Source: Tubulanus polymorphus
Lineage: Eukaryota; Animalia; Nemertea
Reading direction: 5' to 3'
DNA: 64,000 nucleotides
NCBI RefSeq assembly: GCF_964204645.1
Contig: NC_134030.1
Span: forward strand, 22,962,210 to 23,026,209
Shown: one piece after another, positions 14,058 through 27,700 of the stretch
Position numbering within the stretch: position 1 is the first letter of the stretch
Layout of the letters: the number at the start of each line of letters is the position of its first letter
Translations under genes and position numbers: made by a program
The notes under the pieces: generated by a model
What the model was told of the DNA's origin: nothing
The model's database searches: none
Seen by the model: the letters and a program-made list of their open reading frames with translations, nothing else

Positions 14058-14566
14058 GTGAAATACAGTAGACTCTGTCTCTTACTGCGGTAAAGTTAAG
14101 ACTGGTAAAATTCTACCCCGAGTTGGTGTCAAATACTGAGTAAGAGTTTGTGAAATACAGTAGACTCTTGTCTCTTACTGCGGTAAAGTTGAGACCGGTA
14201 AAATTCTACCCCGAGTTGGTGTCAAATACTGAGTAAGAGTTTGTGAAATACAGTAAACTCTTGTCTCTTACTGCGGTAAAGTTGAGACCGGTAAAATTCT
14301 ACCCCGAGTTGGTGTCAAATACTGAGTAAGAGTTTGTGAAATACAGTAGACTCTGTCTCTTACTGCGGTAAAGTTGAGACCGGTAAAATTCTACCCCGAG
14401 TTGGTGTCAAATACTGAGTAAGAGTTTGTGAAATACAGTAGACTCTTGTCTCTTACTGCGGTAAAGTTGAGACCGGTAAAATTCTACCCCGAGTTGGTGT
14501 CAAATACTGAGTAAGAGTTTATGAAATACAGTAGACTCTGTCTCTTACTGCGGTAAAGTTGAGACT
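14058..14566. repeat. 92-93-bp tandem repeat, about 5.5 copies
   Basis: GTGAAATACAGTAGACTC...ACTGAGTAAGAGTTT. Confidence 0.95.
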
Positions 14567-14905
14567 GCTGAAATCGGGGTCAAATGCGTTTGAAAAACAC
14601 ACAATAGAACTTGAACAGAATCTATATTTTTAGAAATAAATAATAGATCACTTGTGAATACAAAGAATTCCACGTTAATTTGGGAAATAAAATATCTCGA
14701 TTGTAGCAAGAAATATCGATCAACAACAACACGACATAAAACTCTGCACTATCGGCTAAAATAAACGTGTTCAGCTAAAATTAACTTTAAGGAAAAAAAA
14801 TCCAACGTTTATTCTGATCTCGTAACTGCGGGATATTTCTATTTGTGTTATTCAGGTTATGAATTCGCTTCAGGGAGGATGGAACAAGGCGTGTTGAGAA
14901 CTAGA

Positions 14906-15229
<324 letters not shown>

Positions 15230-15515
15230 AAGAACGTTTGAAATATTCACGGATGACTTAAAGACGATATTAATTCTCAGTCATTCGTAGTTAAACGTAG
15301 CTCAACTGAACGCAAATAAGTATCGAATACTGAGACGTACTGTGGCAGTCGACGATAACTTAGCATCCACCAGGTGTCGCTAGCATCGTAAATATAGTCA
15401 AGAACATACGTAGTTAACTGTCGCCTGGAAGCTGTAGTATTTATATCAGTGCCTTGTATATTTTCTGTATCGTGATATTTTCAGACCTCAGTCAGTCAGG
15501 AGAATAAAGTCTAAA

Positions 15516-15992
15516 CCACCAGGTGTCACTAGTGTACAGTAGGACATCGCATACCGCGGCGATAGAGGATTCTACTTATGGCAAGTGAGGATCCACCAGG
15601 TGTCACTAGTGTGCAGTAGGACATCGCATACCGCGGCGATAGAGGATTCTACTTATGGCAAGTGAGGATCCACCAAGTGTCACTAGTGTGCAGTAGGACA
15701 TCGCATACCGCGGCGATAGAGGATTCTACTTATGGCAAGTGAGGATCCACCAGGTGTCACTAGTGTGCAGTAGGACATCACCTACCGCAATAGAGGAGTT
15801 CACTTGTGGCAAGTGAGGATCCACCAGGTGTCGCTAATGTGCAGTAGGACATACCCTACCGTGGAGAGAGGACTCGACTTGTTGTAAATGAGGATCCACC
15901 AGGTGTCACTAGTGTGCAGTAGGACATCACCTACCGCAATAGAGGGTTCCACTCGTGGCAAGTGAGGAAGCACCAGGTGTCGCTAGTGTGTA
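15516..15992 (+). repeat. 74-77-bp tandem array (7 units) of a dispersed family that also occurs at about 477-650(-), 4195-4350(+), 9700-9815(-) and 15367(+)
   Basis: CCACCAGGTGTC(A/G)CTAGTGTGCAGTAGGACATC...TGGCAAGTGAGGAT. Confidence 0.9.
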
Positions 15993-18529
15993 GTTTAGAG
16001 TTGAGATCCCATTGCGAGTCGAGAGGGTCGCCAGAAAAACTTTTAAAGTCATTTCTCCTTTCGTCGGCAATGTGTATAAAAGCTTTGTCTAAAACAAAAA
16101 ACCACTTGCGCGAAATAAGCGAATATGAGTAAAACTGTTATTGAGGATAAGATAAACCTAAAGTAAGAAGATAGAGACGAAAGACTAGCGTTGAAGGACT
16201 TAAGTTGGATGTAGAAGATGTAAATTGGTTGACATTTTCTATTAACATACTTAGAAGAAAGTGGTAGGGGGGAAATAAATATTTATTTCGCCAGTGCGTC
16301 TCTGATAATTTGACGACGTAAAGGCATTTGATACTGTTATATATACATGTATACTTCCTTCTTCCGATCACTAATCAGCCTGTGTGTACTTGGCATAATC
16401 AAATATGGATGCAGGGCAGCTACACAAGTGAGTGGAGTCACTAATGGAGCGCAACATGCCGTCGTACTGATTTCATACCGGGTTTTTTTTTAGAGACGCA
16501 TGCGCGCAGACTCGCTGCATAGTGTCACCGTTTAAACACACATATTGCCACGAACAGCTTTATAGTTCAGCATCAGGTTCAGTATCAGGTTAAGTATCAG
16601 GTTTCAGTATAGAGCTAGATATCATTAACATCAATTGCGGTTCTCAGGTTCAGTATCAGGTTCAGCATCAGGTTCAGCATCAGGTTTCATCATCATTAGT
16701 ACATAGGTTGGCATCAGGTTCAGCATCATATCAGGTTCGTATCAACTTGATGCTTAATGGATTCACTGTTAAATTAAATCCACACAACTGTGGAACTGAA
16801 TCAACAATATGCGGTCACAGTTTATTGTTATAAAGCTGTTGTATTAAGTGAAACAAACTGTTAAATGTTTCGTAGTAAAAGATGTTGATATTCATTCAAT
16901 TCAATTCAAACTCTTTGTGAAAATCACGCCACAATGCAATAGTCTGTTATAAAACCGCTCTTAAAAGATGACATTTAATTCTCCTAATAATTGATCTGTT
17001 TGTATTCTATCAATCGCGCTATCGATTCGACGTGCTGTTGACGGAAACGGACGACAACAACCACTGGCAGTAACAGCGCATGCGCCAAAATGTGAAAACT
17101 GAATAAAAGGTCAAAATGTGAAACAACGATATATATAAAAATTCAAATTTCCGTTAATTTCGGTTAAACCATAGACCAATGAGCGCCGTTCGTCTCGTCG
17201 TACCGAATAACCATACAAAGATATTGACATGTCTTTGCGAAGGCTATAAATGAACGGACAAAAATGAGGCACAAGTCGCTCCTTAAACATCTCTTGACTC
17301 GAGCGCGCAGTAACAGCAAAAACTCGTCAATATGACCTACTTACATCCAAGTGGCCACTTTATATTTTCTTTATTACCCGATATTTCAGCTATCGGTTCA
17401 AGTGAGCTTACTAGCTTTAAGTAGGCTATACTTGGTTAGGCTTCTGATTTTGATGATGAGTTGATTGCCATCACCAATCCCTCTAGTTAACTGCATAATA
17501 TTCAATTGCCGTGTCGAAAATCGTATAATTAACTATTGGATGCTTCATGAAGTCTTTATGTAAGAGAAACGGGAGGTTAGATCAAGGAGGGGATATGGGG
17601 GGGGGGGGTGGTATAAGATTACCTCTACAAGATTTTGCAGACGTATTTCCGAAAGCTCTTTGAGAAAAACCCAGACGCGAAATCGATTCAATCAAACGAG
17701 AATACCCGTATTACATGCATACAACTACGTCTTCAAAAAGGGCTTTGGGAGGAAAGTTTTTATAATCTATTAAAAGATATTTCGCCTCAAGTTCATAAGA
17801 AAACGCCTTGTTTACGGTAACGGTTACGGTTACGGTAAGAGGTTTCAGCTGCGAGTTTGTGGTTTATCCAGTCAAACCGATCCATTTTGTCTTCATTATG
17901 AACGTTTCCTAGTGCCTTTTGAAAGTCTTAACTGAACCAGGTGTAAAAACTTTAAAAACCCCTATTTGAATGAAATGGGTACACATCATGTGGTTTTATT
18001 GTGCTCGAAATGATTGACAGTTGACTGATTGAATGAGTTAGTCTGTGATTGCACCGTTCACAAGCAGTGATTATAATTCATCGATGCATGAATTATGGAT
18101 GGCGTAAACGTCATGAAACGTTTCCTAAACGATTTCCAGTCATTGTTTCCTGGCAGCAGTTCGACGCCGTGTACCCAGACACCTGGACGACATCGTCATT
18201 CCTAGGCATAAGTTGCTTGTTAAACTTAATATTTTCACAAAATGGAGTCTTTTCTCCAGATTTAAATCGGGTGAAAGAGACTTTTTGGGCGCTTTTCAAA
18301 ATCGATATCTCAGGCTGGTGCTGGGACCTGAATAGAATGTGTGTAGCCCAAAATTAATAAAAATATCTCAGAAATGGCTCAACAGGATCCGATAAAACGA
18401 TGTTATTGTCAGTGTTTTGTATTGAGCACACAATAGCTAGATGTACACAAATAAACAAACGAACGGATCAACAGATACGATGGACGAATCCGTGAATACT
18501 GGACAATAGTCTTTGTCTGAGGAGAGACG

Positions 18530-18880
<351 letters not shown>

Positions 18881-19104
18881 GACCAGTGGCAGTTTAGAGA
18901 TAACACAATCAGCAGAACAGACTGGAACAGTACACGTCATTGAGACAGGTAGCAGGAGATTTCAACAATATCAGAACTGACTACAAAAAAAGCGCTCAGT
19001 AAGAATGTGATCAGTGAGGGAAGGCTCTGCAGCGATAAGCCGCCATCATACGACGGATATACGATTTGCCCCGGATCAAAGCCGCGATCACACGGACACG
19101 ATTT

Positions 19105-19255
19105 GGCCCGGGCCAAATTGGCACGGATCAGGCTCGGGCCAAATTGGCACGGATCAGGCTCGGGCCAAATTGGCACGGATCAGGCTCGGGCCAAATTGGC
19201 ACGGATCAGGCTCGGGCCAAATTGGCACGGATCAGGCTCGGGCCAAATTTGGCCG
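19105..19255. repeat. 26-bp tandem repeat, about 5.5 copies
   Basis: GGCCAAATTGGCACGGATCAGGCTCG. Confidence 0.92.
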
Positions 19256-20572
19256 TGCCTAATTAGAGAGTGCGTTTACAACACGTAAACCGCTCACTCA
19301 ATATTAAACAAAGCGAAGTGATTCACTTCCGGAACAGCTACAAACGCAATCATTTGTCCTTTGTTAGAATTTGGCTCGGGCCTGATCTGACGTTTTTAGC
19401 CCGGGCCTTACGCGCCCAGCATTCGGCACCCGTATGAACAGTTAGAGCTGGCCAAATTTGGCCGAAGGTCTTCTAATGCACACTACAGTCAAACTCTTTA
19501 CATTACTGAAGTCATCTCTTTTTTTTAGTCTCAATTTGTATTTCTAATTCAATTTACGAAGTTTAAGTCATCATTTGGATGAGTCGCCAGTCTGCATGAC
19601 GTCTTAATACGCGATTCTAACCCCCCCCCACCCCCCCCCCCCACACACAGACAACCTCATCACACCTCTCAACAACACAGAAATAATAAATCTGCAGAAC
19701 GCTCTAAGAAACTATGTAAATAACAGATACGGCACCTCATTAATCTTCTGCAGCAGCGGCAGATATAGAAATATCAGTGGGTTTTATCAGAGCCCGGAAC
19801 CCGCCACGTCTGAACTGCACCAGCGACAGAAACAGAGACGTGACACTTTCTTCTTGATTAATTGATCAATCGGTTTAAAAACGATTTTTAAATCACTCGT
19901 TTTTATTCAAACGTCGGAAAAATGACAATTTTAATCGTTCGAAACGATAGCGAAACGTATCCGGGAAATAGGCCTCACCGAGTCCGTCCGTATACGGATT
20001 TTAGCGCAATTCGCTAACGGTCGAGATATTCAAATTTTGAATGGTAACCGCAGCGATCGTTCTCGTAGCAGCCGAGATTTGATGGAGATTTCCGATGGAA
20101 TTTGGCGAAAAACAAACCACAGCGCGGAGAGTGTCACACTTCCGGTTGACGTCATAGCTGTTGATGCTACGAGAAACAACACGAAAACAACACTTATAGT
20201 TTTTCCATATAAGGTTATAGGACTGTGAGGGAGAGGGGTCGAGGGGGTCGAGGGGGTCGAGGGGGTGAGTGGAGAGATCTACAGTGTTCCACAGTTGATT
20301 CGACTGTGGATACAGTTCCACAGTGGACTCATCATATCGCGGATTTGCTGGCGGGGTTTTAGAGACAATGAAGTAATTTTACGCGTTAAAGTTCCGGTCC
20401 CAGGGGTTCGTTCGCGTCGTTGACAACCAGGTGAACATGTGTCCCACTGGTGTGATTACGTTTATCAAGCCTGTCACAGAGTAATCCGAACTCAGAAAAA
20501 ATATTCTTCACCATCCGTCATTTATATCATCTGATTCTTCTTCATTGTCCACACCAACCCCAATCTAGTCGT

Positions 20573-20752
20573 ATCTTCGCTTGCCAGGGTTTGATTGCCT
20601 CCCGAAATTTCTCGGGTGGACAGGTTGCCGCTCACCGGCCACCTGTCTATATATCTAGCCAATCAGATGCGTTGTGCCGGTGAAAACCCTCGCTTGCCAG
20701 GGTTTGTGTTGGCGTGTCGGTGGGAGGCAATCAAACCCTGGCAAGCGAGGAT
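20573..20752. mobile_element. MITE with about 31-bp TIRs
   Basis: ATCTTCGCTTGCCAGGGTTTGATTGCCTCCC / GGGAGGCAATCAAACCCTGGCAAGCGAGGAT. Confidence 0.75.
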
Positions 20753-22489
20753 CGCAGTCTACTGCAGCAGGAAAACTGATTCAAACATGAAATTAAAGAA
20801 TCGTTTCATCGCTTTTCAGTTGAAATAGAAATTTAAGACGCCATTTTGTGGTAGAATGTTCCTGTCACGTGGGCACGCGCGCGTACTAATCGATAATTCA
20901 TGGGTCGCCTCTAATTCCTGCTAATGGGTGTCTGAATAACGGAACGATATTCAACACCTGTCTCTACAGATTCTTCCTCGGAAAAATAACCTCACTTTTT
21001 AAACATTTACAACCATCATCTAACCCGTGCATGACGTCACGAGCCGCGTCTTAAAAAATTGGTGATTCCGAAAACCCATTAGAGCCGAGATGGGTGAGGT
21101 CTAGATGGCATTCTTCAAATACCTCTTCTACGTCTCGGCTGCGAAAGGTTTTTTTCATAAAAACTTAGATTGTAGTTTATTTACAATGACAAGTCACTGA
21201 TTCCTTGAATTCAGTTAAAATGCTTTGATAGTATTTGTGGCCCTTCTAGGCATTCAACAGTCTTCCAAATAGTTCAATATTTGCTATTTACTATAATTTG
21301 AATAAGTTAGTTATTAATTTATTTGACAGCCTACAAAAATCGCTGAGTTTTATCAAGTTTACAATCAATAAAGTTTTGACAGTGACGGCTCAGAGTTAGT
21401 GGTATGTTTTGAGTACGTTGACAAATATTGATAATTCAAACATTAATGAAACGTGTTCGCAAAAATTTCATTATGAAACGAATTTCTTGCGTCGAGTAAA
21501 AAATAAATTTACTGTCGATCGTTTTTAGTGATAAAATCCTAGACTTCACGGAACACGATAAGAATTAATTAATTCTTTCTCGATTAATCAAACAGCACTG
21601 GAGCCGCGCTGACAGACACAACAACATCTCTTCGAAACATCTCAAACCGAAAACGGGGCCGAATCAAAGACTAGAAAAAAACAAGTAACCAGATTTTTGG
21701 AGTTTTTCCTGAGTACGATATATATATGAATATTTGCGTGATGTTGCGTGGTCTCACGTGTGCGTGGTCTCGCATGTGCACGCGCGCACGGAGAGACCCC
21801 CGCACTCATATATCTGTATCTATCTCTTTCTTTCTCTTTCTTTGTGGACAAGAAGAAGATGAAAAAGACAAGAAAAATGATAAGCGCGCATTTTATTCCA
21901 GTCACATCTGAACTATCAGTATCAGAGTCTTATCAGCGGCTTATCAGTAAAATCACTGATAATTGATAAGCGCGAATTGAGACGTGTATCAGTGACAGTG
22001 CAGTCAAGAGACGAATGCGTTTGACATCTAGAAAACGGTCCGATAACCGGATAATCAGTCCGGTTTACCGTTACCGTCTAATAGTGAAAACCACCACCAC
22101 ACGACAATTAATGCAGTAGTCGGTTGCGGAATACAAAATACGTGCGCGACACTCATTATTCGATTATGTGGAGCCGGTTGTCTCCGATACGGCTTCGAAT
22201 GTCGTGGTGCAAGTTTCCTAAATCTAAGCGATGGAATTCAGCTCAAGTCTGACAATGATTACCTAAAATATCGATAACCTCTCGATACCTCCAGAACGGG
22301 CCTCAAACTCCAGCATGCTAGAGGCTGAGTGTTTGGAGTAAACAATCGGATGAATTAATTACGATTAGGTTTTAATAATCACTCTTCACCTGACAAACTG
22401 TCTTCCAACTTGTCAACAAAATGGTTCCTGCCTGAGTCGAGTTGTGATTCTGAGAAAAAAGTCGGCCCTCTATTTCATCCAAAATAATC

Positions 22490-22830
22490 TCAACCCTAGC
22501 TCGAACCTAACACGTGTTAGTCCTGACAGCTAACCCTAACCCTAGCTCGACTGAAAACCTAACCCTAGCAAGGCTCGAACCTGCGATCCCCAGCGTACAA
22601 GCCGAGCATGCTAACCACTAGACCATAGACCAGTAGTACCTGATAGAGTTGGTAAGTTTGTCTGGACAGTGTGGTGACCGGTGACCAGTCAGGTGTGGTG
22701 ACTGGTGACCAGTCAGGTGTGGTGACCGGTGACCAGTCAGGGGTGGTGACTGGTGACCAGTCAGGTGTGGTGACTAGTGACCAGTCAGGTGTGGTGACCG
22801 GTGACCAGTCAGGTGTGGTGACTGATGACC
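22490..22830 (-). repeat. Second copy of the minisatellite/tRNA-like/TTAGGG composite repeat
   Basis: Reverse-complement match to 3424-3690, with about 7 minisatellite units. Confidence 0.7.
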
Positions 22831-23380
22831 ACAGTGATGACGAGAGGGCACGTGTCCTCGGGATATGTCTAAACATTGTAATCTACAGTGCGAACTCTCT
22901 ATTAAAACTTATTCTACCTCAGACCGAAAACTGTGGATCCGACGACGATTGCCTTTAACACCAAATTCGATCAGTTTTCAGGAGAAATCGGATTTGAAAA
23001 CATCTTTCGTTCAAATCCTTAACAGCTGCAGCAACAGCAACAACAGCAGCGGCAGCAACAGCAGCGGCAGTAACAGCAGCGGCAGTAACAGCAGCGGCAG
23101 TAACAGCAGCGGCAGTAACAGCAGCGGCAGTAACAGCAGCGGCAGTAACAGCAGCGGCAGTAACAGCAGCGGAAGCCTCTGCTATAGTTACAATGAATTC
23201 AGCGGTAAACGAGAGCTGCGCCTTAGGTCTCAATCTCCAGTTTGTCACAATGATGAACAGAGTTGTTGTACCATGTTTTAAATATCTATAGTTCCCTGAT
23301 CGTTTCCTACTGTTTATCATTAACCTATTGTTTGTATTATAGAGGTTTCTTACATATAATTCTCATTATCCTGTTACAAT

Positions 23381-24735
23381 TAGGATAAAGTCGAAACGTT
23401 GAATAAACTACACTAGCTCAAGGAATACAGTATTCCTGAAGATGACTATTAGGATATAGTCGAAACGTTGAATAAACTACACTAGCTTAAGGAATACAGT
23501 ATTCCTGATGATGACTATTAGGATATAGTCGAAACGTTGAATAAACTACACTAGCTCAAGGAATACAGTATTCCTGAAGATGTCTTTAAGGATAAAGTCG
23601 AAACGTTGAATAAACTACACTAGCTCGAGGAATACAGTATTCCTGAAGATGACTATTAGGATATAGTCGAAACGTTGAATAAACTACACTAGCTTAAGGA
23701 ATACAGTATTCCTGATGATGACTATTAGGATATAGTCGAAACGTTGAATAAACTACACTAGCTCAAGGAATACAGTATTCCTGATGATGACTATTAGGAT
23801 ATAGTCGAAACGTTGAATAAACTACACTAGCTCAAGGAATACAGTATTCCTGAAGATGACTATTAGGATATAGTGGAAACGTTGAATAAACTACACTAGC
23901 TTAAGGAATACAGTATTCCTGATGATGACTATTAGGATATAGTCGAAACGTTGAATAAACTACACTAGCTCAAGGAATACAGTATTCCTGAAGATGACTA
24001 TTAGGATATAGTCGAAACGTTGAATAAACTACACTAGCTTAAGGAATACAGTATTCCTGATGATGACTATTAGGATATAGTGGAAACGTTGAATAAACTA
24101 CACTAGCTTAAGGAATACAGTATTCCTGATGATGACTATTAGGATATAGTCGAAACGTTGAATAAACTACACTAGCTCAAGGAATACAGTATTCCTGAAG
24201 ATGACTATTAGGATATAGTCGAAACGTTGAATAAACTACACTAGCTCAAGGAATACAGTATTCCTGAAGATGACTATTAGGATAAAGTCGAAACGTTGAA
24301 TAAACTACACTAGCTCAAGGAATACAGTATTCCTGAAGATGACTATTAGGATAAAGTCGAAACGTTGAATAAACTACACTAGCTCAAGGAATACAGTATT
24401 CCTGAAGATGACTATTAGGATAAAGTCGAAACGTTGAATAAACTACACTAGCTCAAGGAATACAGTATTCCTGAAGATGACTATTAGGATATAGTCGAAA
24501 CGTTGAATAAACTACACTAGCTCAAGGAATACAGTATTCCTGAAGGTGACTATTAGGATAAAGTCGAAACGTTGAATAAACTACACTAGCTCAAGGAATA
24601 CAGTATTCCTGAAGATGACTATTAGGATAAAGTCGAAACGTTGAATAAACTACACTAGCTCAAGGAATACAGTATTCCTGAAGATGACTATTAGGATATA
24701 GTCGAAACGTTGAATAAACTACAATAGCTCAAGGC
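23381..24735 (+). ncRNA. Tandem array of 69-bp units, each a minimal type I hammerhead ribozyme (19 complete cores)
   Basis: Unit reads TATTC-CTGA(A/T)GA-T-GACTAT-TAGGAT-ATAGTC-GAAAC-GTT-GAATA. This gives stem I TATTC/GAATA, the conserved core, a 6-bp stem II and a loopless palindromic stem III. Predicted cleavage after GUU at 23469+69n up to 24711. Confidence 0.8.
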
Positions 24736-27700
24736 AACATTCCAGACTCTTTTTATTCTTAGTATCAAAGGGTTTCATATTTCGTCAGTAAGATCCCAGC
24801 TCATTAGATCTCATTTTTTGTATTGAATTCGAGTTGAAATCGATGAATGCAATGTCGGGTTACGAGAGTCCATTCGATCTGAATTTATTAATAAATTCAC
24901 ACCGCGTAGAAATCGACTTTAAATTTTAATTTCAAAATATCGATCGGTACTTCAAGCTACGCGGCGGCGAAAACAAAATCGTTATTCTACACGTCAAAAA
25001 ATCGATATCAGAATTTGTCTCGTGTCACGTGATAGCTGATGCTGAGCTATGTATAGCAACGATATGAAACTAATATAGTTTCATATTCAAATTTAGGAAT
25101 TACTCGTTTTAAGCCGAAAATGCGAATTGACAAGAGCCGTGCGCCATTCCAGAAACTGATTGAAGCTTAGCTCTTTGACGGACAGGAAATATAACCGGTA
25201 AAAATCAATGGCACTCGTAGCGCCGATAGTATCTGTATATCTGCTGCTGCTCGCATTGAAAGCTTATTTTTCAATCATACGGTTCAATAGAACCATAGAA
25301 CAATCGACGATCGAGTAACGTCTGGATATTAGAGCACAAATATGAGCGCTGAGTTTTTTACGTTTATGTTATAGTCGTAGAATAGCTGAAGATCAACAAG
25401 TCTGAATTATTAGCATCAACCTAGCATAGAGATAATCCCACAAAATTGTGGAACTGGGTTCAATTAAACCCACACAACTGTGGAACTGGGTTCAATTAAA
25501 CCCACACAACTGTGGAACTGTGTTCAATTAAACCCACACAACTGTGGAACTGTGTTCTATCAAACCCGCACAACTGTGGAACTGGGTTCTAGCAAACCCA
25601 CACAATTGTGGAACTGGGTTCAATTAAACCCGCATAACTGTGGAACTGGGTTCAATCAAACCCACACAACTGTGGAACTGTGTTCTATCAAACCCGCACA
25701 ACTGTGGAACTGGGTTCTATCAAACCCACACAACTGTGGAACTGGGTTCAATTAAACCCACACAACTGTGGCTCACTGTTTCAGTATCTGTACGCTTAGA
25801 AATCACGTTTTTTTCACTAATCATTAGTGACATTTTTTTGCTTTGTTTCAAGCTTGAAAAGACCGGTCTCCGCATATCGGCGGCCTCCTAACTAGTCTCT
25901 TTTCAAATAGCTGCATTTTATGATGATATGTCTATTTATTCTTCCCTTAAAGAAAACGTCAAACAAAAACTGCGTCGTGATTAAGTCATTCACCGCGCAC
26001 CGGCTCATACCGGTATAAATAAGACTGTTTTGTTCCCCGTCTCCAATCGGCGGAAAAAAGGAAAAAATTGATTAACGACATCGAACAAATGAAATATTTC
26101 TCAAAGAGATTCCGGATCCTCATTAATTAGAAAAACTACAAAACCCCCGAGCCTGTTTTATAATTTACAAGACCATCTTCGCACTAATTCTAGGACTGTA
26201 TAAGTGAGTCCGGACTATAATGTAAGTTGGTCCGGGACGTTGATTCAAAGCGAAATCCTTGAACGATTTGAAAAAAAAACAGTTTTTAAAAACAGATTCT
26301 AACAATTAGAATTGTTTCTATTTCGCCGTGATGATTTGGATTCGGTTTCGCGAGGAGCTTAAACTTTAAATCGATTATATTTAAATCGTTTGATTGTTTC
26401 TAACAAAAACATGATGGAACATTGTCTAAAATCTGATCAGTTATTGAGTGAGCCCAGTCTTTAAATATTTCGTGGATCATATTTTTCCTGTTCAAACTGT
26501 GTGGATTAAAACGGTTTCCTACCAGTAACAAATTATTTATCTCTCGGAATTCTCATCTTAGAACGAAGGGTTCATAGGAACCTTTAGGGGTTCTTGGGCT
26601 TGCCTCCCAGGCAAAAACCCTTACAGTTTTTGGTACTCCTTTGACTCCTTATAGAATTTTACTACTCTCTTTATTTTTCGTCAAAATTGTGGTTTCTTTC
26701 TTTAATTCACTTCTAGACAGTGTTTAACTATAAAAAGTGTCTCAGACTCCCTCAGTTCAATAATCAGCGACCGAATAATCGAATATTTGGACAATATCAA
26801 ATATTGCATCATAAATATAAATATATTACAAACATATAAAAGTTTAAATTCGCACCTACCTGTATCTGTTTTGATTTGAATATCCTTAAATGAATATAGC
26901 GAACTTCGTCGGTTCCAAAACTAATTATATTTCCAACCAGTAGTGTTCGTTTAAGTCACTAGGTGTCACTGTTCAATGTTTGTTACGAGGTTGTGCTGAA
27001 AAATGTCAAAGAAATATTTCTTCAGTTTATATAAAATATTTCAATCAAAATCGTCTATAAAACTTTCCGATTTTCAAGCGCGAATTCACTCAAAAAACGT
27101 GTTTGTTTCCTTTCTTTCTAATCAAGTCCTCTCGCTTCCCTTGGCTCTCCGCGATTTCGACCGTTATTAAACCGTTTAATTCGAATTCGAAATTGAAGTA
27201 GAAATGAAGAGAGACAGTTTGTTTTTCCAGCTCGACTCGTGCTACGTGTAAATGCGATGTGAGAAGTTGATATTGGCGCGTGCTGCATGAATCTGTCTCC
27301 CTCCCTCCCTCCCTCGCGACACTCTGCATCTCGCACCAGAGACATCTACCGGCTGATAGCTGCACCTCGCGTGGCACGACTGCAGGACACACACTCGTGT
27401 CACAGATTTAAGACCAGTATATATGTAAGTCGCTTCTAGGAGTCCAGTTGTGGATCTGAGTCCAGAACTGTGGAACTGGATATAGAACTGTGGAACTGGG
27501 TTCAAAACTGTGGAACTGGCGGATCCGTGGAACTGAGTCCAGTACTGTGGATATACAGCGTGGAACTGGGTTCAGAATTGTTGAACTGGGTTCAGAACTG
27601 TGGAACTAGATATAGAACTGTGGAACTGGATCCAGAAGTGTGGAACTGGATACAAACTTAATGGGTACAGAACTGTGGAACTGGGTTCAGAACTCTGTGG

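Noticed and set aside
14058-14566. Hammerhead-like CTGAGTA...GTGAAA in the 92-bp repeat
   Set aside because: The core is not CUGANGA and no stems I-III can be drawn.
18956-19060. Second PPSY-coding segment
   Set aside because: It runs straight into a repeat with no donor or stop, so it is likely coincidental.
20005-20213. Possible + strand exon (AQFANGRD...VFPYK)
   Set aside because: It is open and bounded by AG/GT, but the donor is weak, no domain is recognisable, and it cannot be linked to other exons.
23381-24735. CRISPR array interpretation
   Set aside because: Units are fully repeated with no unique spacers, there are no cas genes, and the context is eukaryotic.
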